Shown here piece by piece: positions 63,072-64,000 of a stretch of DNA of 64,000 nt. The DNA comes from an uncultured Trueperaceae bacterium (GTDB lineage: Bacteria > Deinococcota > Deinococci > Deinococcales > Trueperaceae), in the NCBI GenBank assembly GCA_963727505.1, contig CAVSGP010000006.1:160001-224000 (forward strand), read 5' to 3'. The notes beneath the pieces were generated by a model. That model saw only the letters and a program-made list of their open reading frames with translations. It did no database searches and had not been told where the DNA came from. The position numbers were made by a program, and so were the translations under genes. Every line of letters starts with the position of its first letter. The first letter of the stretch is position 1.

Positions 63072-64000
63072 ATGGCCGAAGTCACGGCCCCCAGAGAGCC
63101 AAAGAAGGCGGCGGTCGGTCACCTGATCGACGGCCGCTCGGTCGGCAGCGAGACCACCTTCGCGTCGCGGAACTCGAGCGAGCTGGCCGACATCGTCGGC
63201 GTGTTCCCGGAGGCGACGAAGGAGCAGGTGCGCGCGGCCTGCGAGGCCGCCGGACGCGCCTTCAAGGTCTGGTCCAAGACGCCGGCGCCGGTCCGCGGCG
63301 AGCTGATCGGCTCGATCGGCCGGGCGCTGGAGCGGGAGAAGGAAGCGCTCAGTCGCCTGGTCACGCGCGAGATGGGCAAGACCCTGAAGGAGGCGCGCGG
63401 GAGCGTGCAGGAGGCCATCGACACCTGCCACTTCTTCCAGTCCGAGGGCCGGCGCCTCTACGGCCAGACGGTCCCCTCGGAGATGCCCAACAAGGAGCTC
63501 ATGACCTACCGGCGCCCGCTGGGCGTGGTGGCGATGGTGACCGCCGGGAACTTCCCGATCGCGGTGCCGAGCTGGAAGATCATCCCGGCGCTGCTCACCG
63601 GCAATACCATCGTGTGGAAGCCGAGCGAGGATGCGCCCGCCGTCGCCTACGCCTTCGCCCGGCTCATCGAGGAGGCGGGCGTGCCCGCCGGCGTGCTCAA
63701 CGTGGTGTTCGGGCACGGCAAGGACGCGGCCGGCGAGTACCTGGTCGACATGATGGACGAAGGCCTGGTCCACAAGTTCGCGTTCACCGGCAGCACCAGG
63801 GTCGGACGCCACATCGGCGAGGTGGCGGGCCGCAACCTGCTGCACCCGACGCTCGAGCTCGGCGGCAAGAACCCGCTCGTCATCATGCGCGACGCCGACC
63901 TCGACAACGCCGTGGAGGGCGCCATCTTCTCGGCGTTCGGCACCGGCGGACAGCGCTGCACCTCGGCCGGCAACATCATCGTCGACGCACCCATCTACGA
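63072..64000 (+). CDS. Aldehyde dehydrogenase (partial; runs off the window)
   Basis: GGAGG RBS; EMGK, TAGNFPIAVP, WKPSE, FTGS, LELGGKN and GTGGQRCT motifs. Confidence 0.9.
   Translation, partial: MAEVTAPREPKKAAVGHLIDGRSVGSETTFASRNSSELADIVGVFPEATKEQVRAACEAAGRAFKVWSKTPAPVRGELIGSIGRALEREKEALSRLVTREMGKTLKEARGSVQEAIDTCHFFQSEGRRLYGQTVPSEMPNKELMTYRRPLGVVAMVTAGNFPIAVPSWKIIPALLTGNTIVWKPSEDAPAVAYAFARLIEEAGVPAGVLNVVFGHGKDAAGEYLVDMMDEGLVHKFAFTGSTRVGRHIGEVAGRNLLHPTLELGGKNPLVIMRDADLDNAVEGAIFSAFGTGGQRCTSAGNIIVDAPIY

Overview
A 64 kb, very GC-rich bacterial chromosomal segment. It is most consistent with Deinococcota (Trueperaceae-like); this is an inference from several leaderless genes, a DUF3352-type exported protein and the pyrR-pyrB-pyrC arrangement. 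I found no rRNA, tRNA, CRISPR array, transposase or integrase. Housekeeping and ordinary accessory genes include tkt, bioY, pyrRBC with a PyrR attenuator, trxA, an Rrf2/rhodanese pair, a sugar ABC transporter with iolC, a PAS-GAF-HD-GYP protein, SCO and Crp. These surround a ~28 kb catabolic island (9948-37824) of unknown substrate. The island carries a FadR-type regulator and ThDP E1alpha/E1beta genes with an M24-fold hydrolase inserted before an E2 lipoyl carrier that lacks its catalytic motif (no E3 in the window). It also has a DHPON-hydrolase-like enzyme, a second M24 protein that has lost most metal ligands, ACMSD-like, PYROXD2-like, AhpD-like and Gfo/Idh/MocA enzymes, two ALDHs and two paralogous Liv-type ABC importers. 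Its genes are driven from two copies of a ~310 bp divergent-promoter/operator module with conserved geometry (15527-15843 and 32512-32826). Other highlights are an unannotated ~170 nt structured transcript with its own promoter and terminator (5757-5927, minus strand), a 4x11-bp OmpR-type box array, and four single-base frameshifts clustered at 24.5-29.4 kb. All family calls come from motif reading and recollection, not from database searches.
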